A program made the translations under genes and the position numbers. Source: Veleropilina oligotropha (lineage: Eukaryota). From it: 64,000 nt of DNA. Under the pieces are notes generated by a model. It searched no databases. It saw only the letters and a program-made list of their open reading frames with translations, and was not told the origin of the DNA. The stretch covers positions 124,001 to 188,000 of the forward strand of contig JBEUKZ010000071.1 in the NCBI GenBank assembly GCA_048128005.1, written 5' to 3'. How positions within the stretch are numbered: the stretch's first letter is position 1; each line of letters starts with the position of its first letter. This document shows, piece by piece, positions 60,738 to 64,000 of the stretch.

Positions 60738-60930
60738 GTGTACACACGGTGACTTTTTGTAATACACGCTATACCCTGGGGTCTGAAAGGGTGCTGGGAG
60801 CCCCCACCCCTGGGCCCCTGGGCCCCACCCTAACTCCCTAGTCCCCCACAGTAATACCAGCTCGGTTCTGAAATGGTGCTGGGAGCTTTATTTTTCCATT
60901 CTAAAAGGTATGGTCACCCCCCCTGCTGCT
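60738..60930. repeat. Right terminal inverted repeat
   Basis: Reverse complement of 45284-45476. Confidence 0.95.
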
Positions 60931-63113
60931 GCTGTACCCACAGCTTGGTGGCGATGGGATTTCGGAACTGCATGAGGCACAGTCTTTTCGACTACAGAAA
61001 GTGAATGAGCTTCAGGGACAATTAGAACGAGAGAGGGACACAAGAGCTGCACTATATAAAAAATACCACCGAGGTGTTAACGTCGTTGACGGGATAGATA
61101 ACGGGCTAGTCGTCGCGACCCTTGGTATGGGTAGCGCTGGAATTGGACTGTTGTCCACGATCGTTGCCGCACCTGTTGTCCTAGTGCTGGAACTAGCGGC
61201 ATTAGGGTGTGGGCTCGCCAGTATGGGTGGGAAATATATCAGCCGACGCCTCCAGGTTAAGGCTAAGAAACACGACGAGATTCGAGTCCTGGCCGACAGC
61301 AAGCTGAATACCATAACCGACCACGTCTCAAAGGCCTTAGCGGACGGGGTGATGTCTGATGATGAATTCCAACTGGTCACAGGGGAGATGGAGAAATACC
61401 AAGCCATGAAGGCATCAATTCGGGATAAGAGTAGGAAGGCGCACACCGCGATTTCACAGACCCAGAGCGAGCTTATTGAGCGTGGTCGTTTAGAGGGTCG
61501 CGCAGAGCTGCTGAAAAAAATAGGGGCTGGCGACTAACTATCCAGGTTGAGCGTAGCCACGACTACCCCCCTCCCCCCCCGTATTAAAGCTAGAACTGGA
61601 CAGTGATATCTGGACAAGCCATGAAATCCATGAAATCTATGCTACTGTGTATTGCCGCGGTCAGCTGTGACCTAACATGTTTTTCAGGTCACAGCTGTTT
61701 ATATAAATATTTTTCAGGTCGCTGTCGTCGACCCATTGTCCGATTTATGAATGAAATACCTCGCATCAATAAGTATTGTTTGCGTTGAATGCCTATGCGA
61801 ACAGTGCCCATGGTTACCTTCACAACCTGGTCATGTGTATTATTAGGCGAATCGCATATTTTTCAGGTCGATCCATTGTCCGATTTATGAATGAAATACC
61901 TCGCAGTGCCCATGGATACCTTCACATCATGGTCACGTGTATTATTAGGCGAATCGCAAACAGAAATTTCATGCGACAGCTGCGAACTTCGCCGACGTTA
62001 GCCCAGTTAAAACTGGTTGGTCCCGACACATTATTCTGGTCCCCACACTTCCGTTTAGCACAGAAAAAACAAATCGGTCCCCTTGTTTACGTGGTGGACA
62101 GTAATCTCGTCGACTCATCGTCACGTGGCAATAAGATTCTAGAATGATCAGAGATCTCAAGAAGTTATATATGGGATGAGTACGTGGAAATTCTATGTAA
62201 AGCTTCTAGAATGAACAGAGATCGTCAGAAGTTATATATAGGGGATGTGGTAATAAATTGATCTAGAAGGCTGTAGAACGCACAGAGAAACTATATAAGC
62301 TCTGCATAACGTCTCGAGTCACATACAGATGGATAGCATTTCAACAGACCTACTTAGTTTGAGAATGGATCGACAACGTGGTTTTGTAGAGAACTTTCTT
62401 CACGAAGAAGCCGCCGATAATCAGGTATCGAAAAATGCGACAAGACTGGAACTGACCCGAACAAAAAACCGTAGGGACAACATATATCAAAACATGAAAA
62501 AAACCAAGTGGAGAATGAAAAAGATGCTCGAAAAACTCCGTGAGCTTGAAATTGCCCATGATGCAGCAGCCGCAGATGTACGCAGGCTGCAAAACCTACT
62601 GAAGGACGACGAATAGGCAAAATGTAACAACAGAACTAGGCACCCGACACACCACCATAACTTGGTCAGTCGGGGCCATCAGTATCTGGTAGATACTCTG
62701 ACGAGGCCTCACAGGCCTAAATGGCTGATGACCAAGGTATCGGCTTGAAAAAATCTGTTTTGACGACTTTGCTGCAGTGCTGGGAGCCTTCCAGGAGGAT
62801 ATCTATAGATTACGGGGCCTACTGGAGGGGGATTAGTGATATGAGTTTCGGCCGAAATGTCCACAGGTAAGTGTTTTAATTTAATTTACTATTCTAAGCT
62901 ACCCTAGTTCAGACAGCGCCGTGTACACACGGTGACTTTTTGTAATACACGCTATACCCTGGGGTCTGAAAGGGTGCTGGGAGCCCCCACCCCCGGGCCC
63001 CTGGGCCCCACCCTAACTCCCTAGTCCCCCACAGTAATACCAGCTCGGTTCTGAAATGGTGCTGGGAGCTTTATTTTTCCATTCTAAAAGGTATGGTCAC
63101 CCCCCCTGCTGCT
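60931..63113 (-). mobile_element. Inverted copy of the left 2183 bp of the virus (45284-47466), including the TIR
   Basis: Reverse-complement match with a few substitutions and indels; the 210-aa gene is cut near codon 9. Confidence 0.93.
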
Positions 63114-64000
63114 ACAGCATTGGCGCTGAGGGTGTGTTGTCCATCTATACGTGGCTGTATTGTTCCGCCGGTTGATTCCCCTTGTCTGCCGTAACGTTCA
63201 AATACAGAGTGCCGACCCACGGGGCCTTGATGGCAAAGGCGAGGGTCAACCTGTCCGAATTCAGGCCAAGCTTACTGATGGAACATGCTTTGGGGCCCCC
63301 GGCCGGCTGGACCGGCGTCAGGTGGATCATTAGCAGGGCTAGGTTCAACCCAAATCGACCTCCAGTGTTAGGGATCATGAACTCCCTCCTCGCCAGCCCC
63401 TTATTGGGCGCTACCCCACAATTAAGGACAAAGTGCCACCGGGTTGGGGAAGAGGGCTCATCTGCAAGCAGGGGTGGGGGTGGGAGTGGGGTCCCATAGA
63501 TGCTGGCGCTCATTGTATCGCAAGGACTGCGGACATAGGCATACCGTGATTGTTGAGCGGGTTACCATCTGGGTCTGTGACCCACACCTTCAACTCTGTG
63601 ATTAGTCCGGCCTGCAGTCGCCGGCCGGCGGGATAGCTATGATAGTGGGCAGCTTCACCGAACATCTGCGACGTTATAGGGACCACCGCGAGAATATTGC
63701 TAGGGGCGCCGTCCTTCACATTGTGTGTTGTACTGAGCTGCTCCAGGTGAACGTGTAGGGTCGCTGCAATGGCAAACCCGACAGGCTTGTTCCCGTCATA
63801 CGTCCCGGGGCGTAGCCATTGCGGCTCATCTGCAGGCTTGTTCTTGTCATAAGTCATAAGCAGCCACCACCCTGCAAGGGTGAAGCCGAGGAGCTTCCGT
63901 ATATCGGCGCTGATCGCGAGTTGAGTCCCAGAGGGGACCACGAGTCGCGCGAGTCCAGTAGCACGGCTCACATCTAGCTGTATGTTAACTAGCGACCTCT
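63114..64000 (+). mobile_element. Second copy of the viral body from position 47462 onward, running off the window
   Basis: Direct match to 47462-~48348, including the 122-aa ORF (63145-63513) and the 3' part of the penton-like gene (63510-64000). Confidence 0.93.

Larger units (their letters stand above)
45284..60930. mobile_element. Endogenous Polinton-like / MELD-like dsDNA virus, 15.6 kb
   Basis: 193-bp TIRs with 5'-AG...CT-3' ends; GC-rich, dense intronless ORFs including rve integrase, packaging ATPase, capsid-like proteins and PolB-like/SF1 helicase. Confidence 0.92.

Noticed and set aside
60931..63113. Recombinase-driven invertible (phase-variation) segment
   Set aside because: The virus encodes no site-specific recombinase, and the junctions are TIR ends with a short target duplication, which fits integrase action.

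Overview
AT-rich, intron-containing animal genomic DNA (probably an invertebrate; the taxon is not determinable here). Host genes reconstructed by hand: NEURL2-like (NHR domain exon plus SOCS-box exon, +), HSBP1 (3 exons, -, with a U12-type AT-AC intron) and the first five coding exons of an FBXO15-like gene (+, head-to-head with HSBP1, one GC-AG intron). Mobile DNA: an apparently intact 7.4-kb DIRS1-type tyrosine-recombinase retrotransposon in the NEURL2 intron, a decayed relative just downstream, SINEs, MITEs, a LINE fragment and many minisatellites. The main feature is a 15.6-kb endogenous Polinton-like/MELD-like DNA virus (45284-60930) in an FBXO15 intron. It has 193-bp TIRs, an rve integrase, a packaging ATPase, putative major and minor capsid proteins, several membrane proteins and a histone-H1-like peptide. 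Instead of a canonical pPolB it carries a split PolB-palm-like / SF1 helicase / HNH replicase, and I see no recognisable protease. It is followed directly by a rearranged second copy whose two junctions share a 5-bp duplication of an internal site, a signature of integrase-mediated insertion of the element into its own sequence.
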